DNA from: an uncultured Gemmatimonadota bacterium
GTDB taxonomy: Bacteria > Blakebacterota > Blakebacteria > Blakebacterales > Blakebacteraceae
Assembly: GCA_964576115.1 (NCBI GenBank)
Contig: CAZNUA010000017.1
Location: 1-64,000 of the forward strand
Reading direction: 5' to 3'
Length of the DNA: 64,000 bases
The notes beneath the pieces are model-generated. The model was given only the letters and a program-made list of their open reading frames with translations, was not told the DNA's origin and did not search any database. Shown here in pieces: positions 40,508 through 50,898 of this stretch (position 1 is the stretch's first letter; the number at the start of each line of letters is the position of its first letter). The translations under genes and the position numbers were made by a program.

Positions 40508-43085
40508 GTTCTTTCAGACGCTGCAGCAGATTCAGGGCCTCGATAGGAGTGACAGCCTCGGGATCGATCTCGTGCAGGGCCTCGACGAGGGGGTCGGGCC
40601 GGCGGGTGAAAAGCTCGATCTGAGCCGGCGGTTCGGGAGGCGGTCCGCTCCCCGTGGGCAGGGGCCGCTCCCGCTCCAGGGTGTGCAGGATGCCGCGGGC
40701 CCGGTCGATGACGGCCTCGGGCACTCCGGCCAGTTCAGCCACGTGTATGCCGTAGGAATGATCGCAGCCCCCCGGCTCGATGGTGTGCAGGAAGATCACC
40801 TTATCCCCCCACTCCCTGACCGCCACATTCAGATTGAAGATGCGCGGGAAGCGTTCGGCAAGTTCGACCAGTTCGTGGTAGTGGGTGGCGAAGACCGTTC
40901 GGGCGCCGATCTCGTCGTGCAGGTGTTCGGCCACTGCCCAGGCGATCGAGAGACCGTCGTAGGTGCTTGTGCCCCGCCCCACCTCATCGAGCAGGACCAG
41001 GGAATCGGGGGTGGCATTGTGCAGGATATTGGCGGTTTCGTGCATCTCCACCAGGAAGGTTGATTCCCCGCCGGCCAGATTGTCCATGGCTCCGACCCGG
41101 GTGAAGATCCGGTCGAGCACCGGCACCCGGGCCGACTCGGCCGGTACCCAGGCTCCAGCCTGGGCCATGAGACAGATCAGACCGACCTGACGCAGGTAGG
41201 TGCTCTTCCCGCTCATGTTGGGTCCGGTCACGATCGCGATCTGCCGTTCGGTCGAGAGGAGAGTGTCGTTGGGAATGAAGGTGCCGGCGGGCAGCAGAGC
41301 CTCGACGACCGGGTGTCGGCCTGCTTCGATGGTCAGGGTTCCGTCCTCGGTCAGTTCGGGGCGCACAAAAGCGCGGGAACGGGCGCTCGAGGCGAAGGAG
41401 AGCAGCAGATCGGTCAGGGCCAGGGCGCCGGCGTTGCGCTGCAGGGTTTCGAGGTGTTGAGCGCAGGCGTCCCGCAGGGCGACGAAGAGTTCGTATTCGA
41501 GCTCGCGGGCCCGTTCTTCGGCGGTGAGAACCTCCTCCTCTTTCTCTTTGAGTTCGGGGGTGATGTACCGTTCGGCGGCCACCAGGGTCTGCTTGCGGAT
41601 GTAATCGTCGGGCACTTTCTCGAGGTGGGTTTTGGTGACCTCCAGGTAGTACCCGAAAACCTTATTGAAGCCGATCTTCAGGGTCGGAATGCCGGTCCGG
41701 TCCCGTTCGGTCTGCTGCAGTTCGGCGATCCACCCCTTCCCCGAGGAGGTCAGCGAGCGCAGACGATCCAGTGCGTCGTGAAAACCGTCCCTGACGATTC
41801 CCCCCTCGGTCAGAGCCAGGGGCGGATCATCAACCAGGGCCCGTTTGAGTTCCGATGTCAGTTCGGGCAGCGGATCGAGCTGTGAGCCGAGTTCGTCGAA
41901 CAGCGGGGTGTCGAAGGCGGCGAGCAGTTCGCCGAGTTCGGGGAGACGTTCGAGCGCTCCCCGCAGCGAAGCCAGATCGCGAGGGCTGCCCTTGCCGGCG
42001 CCGATTCTGACCGCGCTGCGTTCCAGATCCCCCAACCCGTCGAGCATCTCGGCCAGACGGGAGCGGAGATCGTCTTCTGACAGGAGCGCCTGGACCGCGT
42101 CATGACGGGCGTTGATGGTCTTCCGGTCGGTCAGGGGCCGCAGCAGAGCCCGGCGAAGTGCCCGGGCTCCCATCGGGGTGGCGGTCTGATCGAGCACTCC
42201 CAGCAGGGTTCCCGCCGTACCGCCGTCGCGCAGATTGGCGACCAGCTCCAGGTTGCGCTGTGTGGCGGCATCGAGCAGCATCCCGGCGTCCCCCGCCCTG
42301 ATCTGAACCCGTTTCAGATGGGTGCAGCTCACCCGGCTGCTGCGCAGATACTCGATCAGCGCTCCCAGCGCGGCCGTGCCGCGGGATAGAGTCTCGAGGC
42401 CGTAGCCCTTCAGAGTCGTGACACCGAAGTGATCGAGCAGGGTCTGAACCGCCAGATCGGTGTGGAAGCGGTATCCCTCAAGGCGGGTCAGGGTCGGATC
42501 TGCGCGTCCCGCGAGACCGGGCAGCTCCCCGAGATCGAAAGCCTCGGGGATGATGATCTCGGCCGGGTCGAAGCGCTGCAGTTCGTCGGGCAGAGCGGCG
42601 GCGGAGACTTCGGTGACGGTCAGCTCGCCGGTGGAGATGTCGGCCACGGCCAGCCCGAGCGGGCCCGGCTCGCCTTCCGGCGGGGGTGCGATGACCATGA
42701 GGTAGTTATTCCGTTCCCCGTCCAGGTACCCCTCGTTCAGCGCCGTGCCGGTCGAGAGGACTTCGACGACTTCGCGCCGGACCAGACCCTGGGCCTTTTT
42801 CGGATCCTCGACCTGTTCGCAGACGGCGACCCGGTATCCGGCCCGCAGCAGACGGCTGATATACGCCTCGGCGGCATGGGCCGGGAAACCGGCCAGGGGC
42901 ACCGCTTCTTCACCGTCTCCGGCGTTCCGGCTGGTCAGGGCGATCTCCAGCGCCCGGGCGGTCACCCGGGCGTCCTCGAAGAAGGTCTCGTAGAAATCTC
43001 CCAGGCGGAAGAGAAGGATCTCGTCGGGGTGTTCGGCCTTGATCCCGAGGTACTGCTGCATCAGGGGCGTGCTGGCGCGGGCCAC
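40497..43085 (-). CDS. mutS: DNA mismatch repair protein MutS
   Basis: TPLMQQY, GDFYE, GPNMSGKS, STFLVE, DEVGRGTS, ATHYHEL; GTG start. Confidence 0.97.
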   Translation of the reverse strand: MARASTPLMQQYLGIKAEHPDEILLFRLGDFYETFFEDARVTARALEIALTSRNAGDGEEAVPLAGFPAHAAEAYISRLLRAGYRVAVCEQVEDPKKAQGLVRREVVEVLSTGTALNEGYLDGERNNYLMVIAPPPEGEPGPLGLAVADISTGELTVTEVSAAALPDELQRFDPAEIIIPEAFDLGELPGLAGRADPTLTRLEGYRFHTDLAVQTLLDHFGVTTLKGYGLETLSRGTAALGALIEYLRSSRVSCTHLKRVQIRAGDAGMLLDAATQRNLELVANLRDGGTAGTLLGVLDQTATPMGARALRRALLRPLTDRKTINARHDAVQALLSEDDLRSRLAEMLDGLGDLERSAVRIGAGKGSPRDLASLRGALERLPELGELLAAFDTPLFDELGSQLDPLPELTSELKRALVDDPPLALTEGGIVRDGFHDALDRLRSLTSSGKGWIAELQQTERDRTGIPTLKIGFNKVFGYYLEVTKTHLEKVPDDYIRKQTLVAAERYITPELKEKEEEVLTAEERARELEYELFVALRDACAQHLETLQRNAGALALTDLLLSFASSARSRAFVRPELTEDGTLTIEAGRHPVVEALLPAGTFIPNDTLLSTERQIAIVTGPNMSGKSTYLRQVGLICLMAQAGAWVPAESARVPVLDRIFTRVGAMDNLAGGESTFLVEMHETANILHNATPDSLVLLDEVGRGTSTYDGLSIAWAVAEHLHDEIGARTVFATHYHELVELAERFPRIFNLNVAVREWGDKVIFLHTIEPGGCDHSYGIHVAELAGVPEAVIDRARGILHTLERERPLPTGSGPPPEPPAQIELFTRRPDPLVEALHEIDPEAVTPIEALNLLQRLKELIE

Positions 43086-43101
43086 CGGACCTCGCCGCCT
43101 C

Positions 43102-44223
43102 TCAGGCCGGGGGGATCCGGGTGACCAGGGGATTGCGGTCCTCCAGGGCGGCGTCGGCAAGGAGATCGCGCCGGAAAGCGGTGGCCTCGGCGCGGGTGGC
43201 GAACCGGCCGACATACACGACCACATACAGGCTGCCCCCCACCCGTTTGCTGTCGTGCCAGGCGTCATACCCCTGCGAGATGAGCGAGGCCACCAGGCTG
43301 CTGGCATTGGACAGGCGCGAGAAAGCCCCCACCTGCACCGTCCAGTTCTGCTCTTCCCCCATGCCGGTGAGGGTGTCGACTCCCGCGGCGGTCATGGTGT
43401 CCAGCCGGGCCTGGACCAGGCGCTCCCGGTTTTCGAGCAGCCAGCGCCGGGCTTCTCGTCCTTCCAGGGTGTCGGGGTAGCGGGTAAGCATGGCCTGGAA
43501 AAGAGCGCGGGCCAGATCGTTCTCCTCGCGCCGGTCCCGGGCTCGGGCCTGCACGAGCATGGCCCGTGGGTGAAAATCGTTGAGATAGGGAGCGCTCAGA
43601 ATCCGGTCGGCCCAGACCAGAGCCGAATCGGGCTCACCGAGAAAGAGATGGAGTTCGGCCGTGGAAAGGAGCGCCTGCCCCTTCACGGATGGATCGGTGG
43701 CACTTTCAGCGGCGTTCTTGACCAGCCGCAGACCGATCCGCAGACTGTCCCGGCTGGCGTCGGCGCGGTTGATCGAATGCAGGTAGGTCATGCCGCGCCA
43801 GTAGCGGGCCTCCTGCCCCAGGGCGGAGTCGCCCTGACGCCAGGCCACCTCGCCGAAGAGCCCCCGGGCGGTGATGTAGGAGCCGGTATCGTAGCGGTAC
43901 TGGGCGATCCGGAACCGGGCTCGATCGGACCACTCGGTGCTCGGCCAGCGCCGGGTTACCTCGGCGAAATACCGTTCGTTGGCGGTGGAGGTGTCTGATT
44001 CGAGCAGGCCGCGGTAATACAGGATCTCGGCCTCGACCCGGCCGGCGCTGATCAGGGCGTCGAGCATCGCCCGGGCCTCGTCGTAGCTGGCCCGCTGATA
44101 GAGATCTCGTGCCGCCGCCAGAGAGGGCGGGCTTTGATCATCCGCCTGGGCGCTCGAGGTGCCCGGCAGGGCGGTGAGCCCGAAACCGGCGGCGGCGATC
44201 AGAATGGTGAGGAACCTGTTCAT
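43102..44223 (-). CDS. Exported TPR protein with C-terminal SPOR domain
   Basis: Signal peptide, TPR helices, WTVQVGAFS..NA..YVVVYVGRF. Confidence 0.87.
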   Translation of the reverse strand: MNRFLTILIAAAGFGLTALPGTSSAQADDQSPPSLAAARDLYQRASYDEARAMLDALISAGRVEAEILYYRGLLESDTSTANERYFAEVTRRWPSTEWSDRARFRIAQYRYDTGSYITARGLFGEVAWRQGDSALGQEARYWRGMTYLHSINRADASRDSLRIGLRLVKNAAESATDPSVKGQALLSTAELHLFLGEPDSALVWADRILSAPYLNDFHPRAMLVQARARDRREENDLARALFQAMLTRYPDTLEGREARRWLLENRERLVQARLDTMTAAGVDTLTGMGEEQNWTVQVGAFSRLSNASSLVASLISQGYDAWHDSKRVGGSLYVVVYVGRFATRAEATAFRRDLLADAALEDRNPLVTRIPPA

Positions 44224-44332
44224 CGATCCTTCTTGCCCTGTTCCTGCCCGTTCGGTGAGTCGAGGGGCGACCTGGTGCTTCTATGGTGATGCAGAATTCA
44301 CCGGTCGTCCAGGGGCTGCTTTTTAAGACGCT

Positions 44333-45646
44333 TTACCACGGTTTCCGTTCGGTCGGTCGGCCCCGCAGGGTCCAGGTGCCCCGGCCCGTGATCTCGACCT
44401 CGACCATGCGGCCCAGGAGATCGTCTGCCGCCTGGATCACCACCGTGTCGCCGCCCCGGGTGCGGCCGGTCCACTGCTCCGAACCGCGGTGTCCCCGCCC
44501 GTCGACGAGGACGTCGAGAGTGCGGCCGATCAGGGTTTCATGCGCCCGGGCGGTCAGCTCCCGCTGCAGGGCGATCACCTGTTCGAGCCGTTCCTGCTTG
44601 ACCGGCCCCAGAACATCGTCGTCCAGCCGCCGGGCCGCCGCAGTTCCCGGTCGCGGAGAGTATTTGAAATGATAACCGGAGTCGAAGGCACAGCTCTCCA
44701 TGGCGCTCAGGGTGTCGGCGAATTCGGCTTCGCTCTCGCCGGGAAAACCCACGATGATATCGGTCCCGAGCGTCACCTCCGGCACCTCGGCTCTGAGGCG
44801 GTCGGCGATGGCGAGGAACTCGTCGCGGGTATACCCCCGGTTCATCCGTTTCAGAATACGGGAGTTCCCCGACTGCATCGGCAGGTGAACCGCTTCGCAG
44901 ACGGCCTCGACGTCGGCCAGAGCCGTGAGTTCGCCGTCGCCGAAATAGAGCGGGTGCGGGCTGGTGAAGCGGATCCGCTCGATCCCGGTCTCCCCCACCC
45001 GGGTCAGCAGGTCGCCGAACGTCAGAGGGCCGTCGCTCCAGGCGTTGACGGTCTGCCCCAGCAGGGTGACTTCGCGCACGCCCTGCGCGAGCAGGGTCCG
45101 GACCTCGGCGAGGATTCGTTCGAGCGGCCGGCTGCGCTCCCGGCCGCGCGTGAAGGGAACCACGCAGAAGGTGCACATCCGGTCGCAGCCGCGCATGACC
45201 GTCACAAAGGCGGTGACCGCCCCCGGCTCGCGCCGGGAGGGCAGGCCTTCGTAGAGTTCGTGCGGATCGGGCCGGCAGAGGAGGCGGGGCTCATCGGCCG
45301 GGTCGAGTATGGTTTCGGGCAGGCTCCGATAGGCATCGGGCCCGACGACGAAATCGAGAACGGGCAGCCGCTGGAGCAGACCGGATTGCAGGTGCTGGGC
45401 CATACAGCCCACGATCCCTATCCGACGCGTTCCGTCCGACTCCAGCCCGGCCAGCTGGTTGACCCGGCCGACGACCCGTTCCTCGGCCCGCTCGCGCACG
45501 GCGCAGGTGTTCAACACGATGACGTCGGCTTGTTCGGGATCGGCGGTGATACGAGCTCCGGCGGCGGTGAGCAGGCCGCTGATGAGTTCGGAGTCGCGCA
45601 CGTTCATCTGGCAGCCGAAGGTCTCGATGTAGACCGCTGTGCTCAC
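44333..45646 (-). CDS. miaB: tRNA-2-methylthio-N6-dimethylallyladenosine synthase
   Basis: GCQMN, CAVRE, GCMAQ, CDRMCTFC radical SAM motif, TRAM domain. Confidence 0.96.
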   Translation of the reverse strand: MSTAVYIETFGCQMNVRDSELISGLLTAAGARITADPEQADVIVLNTCAVRERAEERVVGRVNQLAGLESDGTRRIGIVGCMAQHLQSGLLQRLPVLDFVVGPDAYRSLPETILDPADEPRLLCRPDPHELYEGLPSRREPGAVTAFVTVMRGCDRMCTFCVVPFTRGRERSRPLERILAEVRTLLAQGVREVTLLGQTVNAWSDGPLTFGDLLTRVGETGIERIRFTSPHPLYFGDGELTALADVEAVCEAVHLPMQSGNSRILKRMNRGYTRDEFLAIADRLRAEVPEVTLGTDIIVGFPGESEAEFADTLSAMESCAFDSGYHFKYSPRPGTAAARRLDDDVLGPVKQERLEQVIALQRELTARAHETLIGRTLDVLVDGRGHRGSEQWTGRTRGGDTVVIQAADDLLGRMVEVEITGRGTWTLRGRPTERKPW

Positions 45647-45664
45647 CCGTCACCCCCTGACAGA

Positions 45665-45698
45665 ACGGCCCCGAACCGCCACTGCGATCCGGGGCCGC
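45665..45698 (-). terminator. Strong stem-loop downstream of rpsA (terminator-like or stabiliser)
   Basis: Minus strand GCGGCCCCGGATCGC-AGTG-GCGGTTCGGGGCCGT: 15-bp stem with G-U pairs; weak U tract. Confidence 0.55.
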
Positions 45699-45719
45699 AT
45701 GAGCGTTTCATCACCAGGG

Positions 45720-47882
45720 CTATTTCTCCTTCTTGTCCTTCTTTTCCTTTTTCACCGCCTTTTTCTTTTTCGCCCTGGTTTTCTTCTCAGCCGGTTCAGC
45801 GGCCGGTTCGTCGCCCTCGTCGGGCTGATCTGCGGCGTCCTCGTCGGCGGTTTCGGTCTGCTCGGGCTCCTCCGGTTCTTCCGGTTCCTCNNNNNNNNNN
45901 NNNNNNNNNNNNNNNNNNNNNNNNNNNNNNNNNNNNNNNNNNNNNNNNNNNNNNNNNNNNNNNNNNNNNNNNNNNNNNNNNNNNNNNNNNTCAGCGGCCG
46001 GCTCGTCGCTCTCGCCGCCGGTGGAATCCTCGACCTCTTCGGTTTCGGCCACTTCGCCTTGAGCGCCTTCGGTGTCGCGCTCTTCATCTTCATCGGCGTT
46101 TTTCAGGCGTTCCTTCAGATCGGCCAGGTCGGAGGCTCCGGCGTGATCGGCCAGCGTCGATTCCCGTTTTTCGTGCTTCTTGAGAAAGGATTCCTGCTCC
46201 TTGGCATCCTTGCTCTTGAAGTACTCGGTGACCGAGAGGACGATCTTTCGCCCTTCCCGGTCGAACTCGATCACGGTCAGCGGCAGTTCGTCGCCTTCGT
46301 CGAACGCTTCCTCGGGACTCTTGAGGTCACTGCGTCCCAGATGCTGCAGCGGGACGAAACCCTCCACATCGCCGGGCAGATCCACGATCACGCCCTTGTC
46401 GATCAGGCGGCCGATGACACCGGTCGTTTCGGTTCCCGGATCGAACTCTTCGGCCAGATCGTCCCACGGGTTGGGCGCGGTCTGCTTGTGCCCGAGCGAG
46501 ATCCGGCGCTGTTCCTTGTCGATGCCCAGCACGATGACCTCGATCTCGTCCCCCTTCTGGACCAGTTCGCTGGGATGCCGGACCCGCTTGGTCCAGGAGA
46601 GATCGCTGATATGGACCAGACCGTCGATTCCGGGCTCGATCTCGACGAAAGCGCCGAAATTGGTCAGATTGCGCACTTTGCCGCTGAGTTTGGTCCCGAT
46701 CGGGAAGCGTACTTCGAGGGTTTCCCACGGATCGGGTTCGGTCTGCTTCAGCCCCAGCGAGATCTTCTCGTCCTCGGCGTTGACCCGCAGGACCACCACT
46801 TCGATCTCGTCGCCGATGTTGACGAGCTTGGAGGGGTGCCGGACGTGCTGGGTCCATGACATCTCGGAGATGTGCACCAGCCCCTCGATGCCCTCTTCGA
46901 GCTCCACGAAAGCGCCGTAATCGGTGATTGAAACGACCTTGCCGATGACCTTGGCGCCGACCGGGTAACGCTCGTCCACCCCCCGCCATGGATAGGGCTG
47001 CAGCTGCTTGAGACCGAGGCTGATGCGGTCCTTCTTGTCGTTGAAATCGAGAACCTTGACCTGCACCACGTCACTGATGTTCACCACCTCGCTGGGGTGC
47101 TGTACGCGGCCCCACGACATGTCGGTGATGTGCAGCAGACCGTCGACACCGCCCAGATCGATAAAGGCCCCGAAATCGGTGATGTTCTTCACCGTTCCTT
47201 CGCGGATCTGCCCCTTGTTCAGATTGGTCAGAACCTCGTTGCGCATCTCGGCCCGTTCGTTTTCGAGCACCATGCGCCGGCTGACCACGATGTTGCGGCG
47301 GTTCTTGTTGATTTTGATGATCTGCAGGCGGATACCGCGGCCGATGAACTGGTCGAAATCGCGTACCTGGCGCAGGGCGACCTGGGAACCGGGCAGGAAA
47401 GCCGACACTCCCATCAGATCGACCATGAGCCCGCCCTTGATGCGGCGGCTCGGCCGGCCGATGACGACCTCGTTGTTCTCGTAGGCGTCCTTGATCTTGT
47501 GCCAGACCTTCATGAAGTCGGCTTTCGACTTACTCAGCACGATCTGGCCGTCCTGGTTCTCGATGTTCTCCAAGAAGACTTCGACTTCGTCGCCGACCTT
47601 CACGGATTCGGGCGGCCCGAACTCATCGAGTGGAATGGCCCCTTCGCTCTTGAAACCGACGTCGACCAGGACGTCGCGTTCCTCGACGGCCAGCACGACT
47701 CCCGAGACGATCTGGCCTTCGTCGATTTCGGCCAGGGTCTGGTCGTAGAGCGCCATCATCTTCTCGTACTCTTCCGGGCTGTACTCCGGGGCTTCGAGCT
47801 CCTCTTCGGAGAGAATGGGCGAGCTTTCTTCAGCAGCCGTCTCTTCGAGAGGGTTGGTGGTTTCGGTTTTCTCTTCCGTCAT
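45720..47882 (-). CDS. rpsA: 30S ribosomal protein S1 with long acidic/basic C-terminal tail (gap inside tail)
   Basis: Six S1 repeats (FKSEG, AFLPGSQ, GLLHITDMSW, GLVHISEMSW, GLVHISDLSW, EGFVP); GAGGAGG SD. Confidence 0.96.
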   Translation of the reverse strand: MTEEKTETTNPLEETAAEESSPILSEEELEAPEYSPEEYEKMMALYDQTLAEIDEGQIVSGVVLAVEERDVLVDVGFKSEGAIPLDEFGPPESVKVGDEVEVFLENIENQDGQIVLSKSKADFMKVWHKIKDAYENNEVVIGRPSRRIKGGLMVDLMGVSAFLPGSQVALRQVRDFDQFIGRGIRLQIIKINKNRRNIVVSRRMVLENERAEMRNEVLTNLNKGQIREGTVKNITDFGAFIDLGGVDGLLHITDMSWGRVQHPSEVVNISDVVQVKVLDFNDKKDRISLGLKQLQPYPWRGVDERYPVGAKVIGKVVSITDYGAFVELEEGIEGLVHISEMSWTQHVRHPSKLVNIGDEIEVVVLRVNAEDEKISLGLKQTEPDPWETLEVRFPIGTKLSGKVRNLTNFGAFVEIEPGIDGLVHISDLSWTKRVRHPSELVQKGDEIEVIVLGIDKEQRRISLGHKQTAPNPWDDLAEEFDPGTETTGVIGRLIDKGVIVDLPGDVEGFVPLQHLGRSDLKSPEEAFDEGDELPLTVIEFDREGRKIVLSVTEYFKSKDAKEQESFLKKHEKRESTLADHAGASDLADLKERLKNADEDEERDTEGAQGEVAETEEVEDSTGGESDEPAAXXXXXXXXXXXXXXXXXXXXXXXXXXXXXXXXXXEEPEEPEEPEQTETADEDAADQPDEGDEPAAEPAEKKTRAKKKKAVKKEKKDKKEK
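45891..45990. other. Assembly gap (100 N) inside the low-complexity rpsA tail
   Basis: Run of N flanked by repetitive EPAA/EEP-coding DNA. Confidence 1.
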
Positions 47883-47972
47883 GTTCTCAGGGGCCTCCTC
47901 GGACCATCTGGGCCGGTACCCGTCGGCTCCCGACCCGTTTCCTTGCGGCCGGTGAACCGGCCGGTTGGGGGT

Positions 47973-48653
47973 TCATTTCAGGCGCTCGTGCGCCAGTTCT
48001 TCGACTTTCGCGACCTGCTCTTCGATGGTGAGCCCGGTCGTGTCAACCTCAACTGCATCTTCCGCCCGACACAGAGGGGAGTGCGTGCGCCCCGAGTCGC
48101 GGGCGTCGCGTTCTTCCAGCTCCCGCTCCACTCCGATGACGTCCATCGTCCGCCCCCGGGCGGCCAGTTCGGCCTGGCGCCGCCGGGCCCTGACGGGCAG
48201 ATCGGCAATGAGGTAGATCTTCAAATCCGCTTCGGGAAAAACGACCGTCCCGATATCGCGGCCTTCGAGGACCACGCCACCCGCCCCACCCAGCCGTTGC
48301 TGGGCCGCGACCAGCAGCTCCCGGACGCGCGGTACCTCTGATACTGCGGATGCCGAGCGGGTCACCTCAGGAGTTCGAATCTCGTCAGAAACATCCTCGC
48401 CGTCAAGGAACACACGCACGCCTCGTGCAGATGGTTCCAGGTCGATCGTGACCCTTTCAACCGCTCCGGCGACCGCCGTCCGGTCACCCGGGTCGATGCC
48501 GCGGCGCATGACCGCCAGCGCGGCAGCGCGATACATGGCGCCGGTGTCGATGTAGAGATAGCCCAGTCGGTGCGCCAGGAGGCGGGCAGTGGTGCTCTTG
48601 CCCGAACCGGCCGGGCCGTCAATGGCGATGATGAGACCTTTCGGACGGGGCAT
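47973..48653 (-). CDS. cmk: Cytidylate kinase
   Basis: IAIDGPAGSGKST, DTGAMYR, EGRDIGTVVFP. Confidence 0.97.
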   Translation of the reverse strand: MPRPKGLIIAIDGPAGSGKSTTARLLAHRLGYLYIDTGAMYRAAALAVMRRGIDPGDRTAVAGAVERVTIDLEPSARGVRVFLDGEDVSDEIRTPEVTRSASAVSEVPRVRELLVAAQQRLGGAGGVVLEGRDIGTVVFPEADLKIYLIADLPVRARRRQAELAARGRTMDVIGVERELEERDARDSGRTHSPLCRAEDAVEVDTTGLTIEEQVAKVEELAHERLK

Positions 48654-48657
48654 GCTC

Positions 48658-49386
48658 CTACCTTTCAGGCTCGGGCTCGAGACCGACCGAGCGGCGCAGC
48701 CGGATCACTTCACGGTACGACAGCTCGCGCACCCCTCCCGGAGGCAGATCGTCGGCCGAAAGTCCGGCGAAACGCCGGCGGTGCAGATGGTTCACGGTCA
48801 GACCGAGAGCGGCAAAAAGACGTCTGACGATCCGCTTGCGTCCCTCGTGAAGGACAATGACGACGGTATGCTTCCCGGACCGGGTGATCCGGTCGGGTCG
48901 TACCGGACCGTCCTCGAGCTGATACCCTTCCCGAAGCTGACGCAGCTGGTCAGAGGAAATTCTCTCGGCCAGCCGCACGACGTACTCCTTCGCGCTTTTG
49001 TACCTGGGATGGGTCAGGCGGTGGGCCAGATCGCCGTCGTCGGTGAGCAGGAGCGCGCCGGTGGTGTCTGCATCGAGCCGTCCGACCGGGTAAAGCCGCC
49101 GCTGCCGATGAGCGGGGCCGAGCAGGTCGAGGACCGTCGGCCGTCCCTGCGGATCGCGTACCGTCGTGATCGTCCCGGCGGGTTTGTGCAGCAGGAGGCA
49201 GAGCGTCTGTGCCGGCAGGGATACAATTCTGCCCTCGACCTCGACCTGGTCCGACCCGACTGCAACGTCGTACCACGGTTCGGTCACGATGACACCGTTG
49301 ACGCTCACGGTCCCGGCGGTTATCAGGTCGTCGCAGGCGCGCCGGGAGGCCGTTCCGGCCGCAGCGAGGAAACGGTTAAGCCTCAC
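48658..49386 (-). CDS. rluB: rRNA pseudouridine synthase (RluB/RsuA family)
   Basis: S4 domain MRLNRFLA..SRR, PVGRLDADTTG, EGRKRIVRR. Confidence 0.88.
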   Translation of the reverse strand: MRLNRFLAAAGTASRRACDDLITAGTVSVNGVIVTEPWYDVAVGSDQVEVEGRIVSLPAQTLCLLLHKPAGTITTVRDPQGRPTVLDLLGPAHRQRRLYPVGRLDADTTGALLLTDDGDLAHRLTHPRYKSAKEYVVRLAERISSDQLRQLREGYQLEDGPVRPDRITRSGKHTVVIVLHEGRKRIVRRLFAALGLTVNHLHRRRFAGLSADDLPPGGVRELSYREVIRLRRSVGLEPEPER

Positions 49387-50158
49387 GCTCCTCCTCCCCG
49401 CCTCCGGACTCCGGCGGCATCGCGCCGGTCATTACGTCGGCGGCGCCGGTCTCCGGTTCCTCTCCCTGCTCGAACACCGTTTCCTGTATCCCGGCCGTTT
49501 CGGCGTCACCGGGGTCCTGTTCCCGGCCACGGTCGGTTTCTGATTCCGCCGGCCGGTCTGCCTCCTCGCCGGCCGGTAGCTCCGTGAGCCGGGTTCCGAT
49601 CAGAGCCGTCAGTTCCTCCTGGTCGGGCATGTCGCTCAGGCTGTTGAGCCCGAAGTACTTCAGGAAAGCGGCGGTGGTCCGGTACAGCAGTGGGCGACCC
49701 GGCCCCTCGTCGCGGCCGCTGATGGTGACCAGGCCCCGCTCCAGGAGGGTCTTGAGCGCGCTGTCGGAGTTGACGCCGCGGATGGCGTCGATATCGGGGC
49801 GGATGACCGGCTGGCGGTACGCCACGATAGCCAGGGTTTCCAGGGCGGCCCGGGAAAGACGCTGGCTGCGGTGGTCTTCCTGCAGCCGGGCCACGAGTCC
49901 CGCCCATTCGGGACGGGTCGCCATCTGGTAGCCGCCCGCAATCCGCAGAGCGGTCAGGGGCCGCCCTTCGGCTTCCCAGTCGGCGACCAGCTCGTCGAGG
50001 TAACGCTCCACGGCGCCGGGTGTCAGGGCCTGGTCCTGCTCCACCCACCCTCCTTGCTCCAGCAACCGGGCGATCTGGTAGGCCGAAATCGGTTCGGTGA
50101 CCGTGAAGAGGATCACCTCGACCGCATCGCGGAGTCCTTTGCTCTGGCCTTCGGTCAT
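49376..50158 (-). CDS. scpB: SMC-Scp complex subunit ScpB
   Basis: LSRAALETLAIVAYRQP, IRGVNS, GRPLLYRTT..FL. Confidence 0.96.
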   Translation of the reverse strand: MTEGQSKGLRDAVEVILFTVTEPISAYQIARLLEQGGWVEQDQALTPGAVERYLDELVADWEAEGRPLTALRIAGGYQMATRPEWAGLVARLQEDHRSQRLSRAALETLAIVAYRQPVIRPDIDAIRGVNSDSALKTLLERGLVTISGRDEGPGRPLLYRTTAAFLKYFGLNSLSDMPDQEELTALIGTRLTELPAGEEADRPAESETDRGREQDPGDAETAGIQETVFEQGEEPETGAADVMTGAMPPESGGGEEEREA

Positions 50159-50892
50159 GCGCCGGTACCTCCGGGCAGCGGGTTGACGGGGGTGCGCCGG
50201 TTCAGCCAGACCGCCCCGTACAGTTCGTCCTGTTCGATGCCGAGTTCACCCAGCCGGGCCAGTTCGAGAGTCGCCACCAGGGTCACCACCATTGCCATCC
50301 GGTTGTCTAGGGTGACCAGAACTTCGGTCAGGTGCAGCCGTTCGTTCTCGGCCAGCAGCTCGCGCAGGAAGGCGATCTGGTCGCTCACCTTGACCGGCAC
50401 TCCGCTGACCCGGTAGCGGTCCTCTGCTTCGACCCGCGCCAGGGCGTCCTGGTAGGCCTGGAGCAGGTCTATCAGGGCCACGTCGAGGACGATCTCTTCC
50501 GAAGGCGGCATGTCGATCGGTCCCGGACCGCTCTCTCTCAGGTAATAGTGGGTATAGGTCGCCTCCCGCTCGGCCAGGCGCTCGGCGGCCTGCCGGAACA
50601 TCTGGTATTCCTCGAGCTGCCGCACCAGTTCGAGGCGCGGGTCCTCTTCGTCCTCCAGCTCGGGGCCGGGCAGGAGCAGGCGGGCCTTGATCTGCATCAG
50701 GGTTGCGGCCATGACCAGGAAGTCACCGGCCACTTCGAGATCGAGCAGCTGCATCACCTCGACATACTCGAGGTACTGCTGGGTGATGTCGGCGATCGGG
50801 ATGTCGGTGATTTCCACCTCGTTCTTGCGGATGAGGTAGAGCAGCAGATCGAGCGGGCCCTCGAACGCCTCTATGCGGACGGCGTAGGCCAT
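50155..50892 (-). CDS. scpA: Segregation/condensation protein ScpA
   Basis: FEGPLDLLLYLI, FLVMAATL..IKA, DPR.ELV. Confidence 0.96.
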   Translation of the reverse strand: MAYAVRIEAFEGPLDLLLYLIRKNEVEITDIPIADITQQYLEYVEVMQLLDLEVAGDFLVMAATLMQIKARLLLPGPELEDEEDPRLELVRQLEEYQMFRQAAERLAEREATYTHYYLRESGPGPIDMPPSEEIVLDVALIDLLQAYQDALARVEAEDRYRVSGVPVKVSDQIAFLRELLAENERLHLTEVLVTLDNRMAMVVTLVATLELARLGELGIEQDELYGAVWLNRRTPVNPLPGGTGA

Positions 50893-50898
50893 GCCCGT

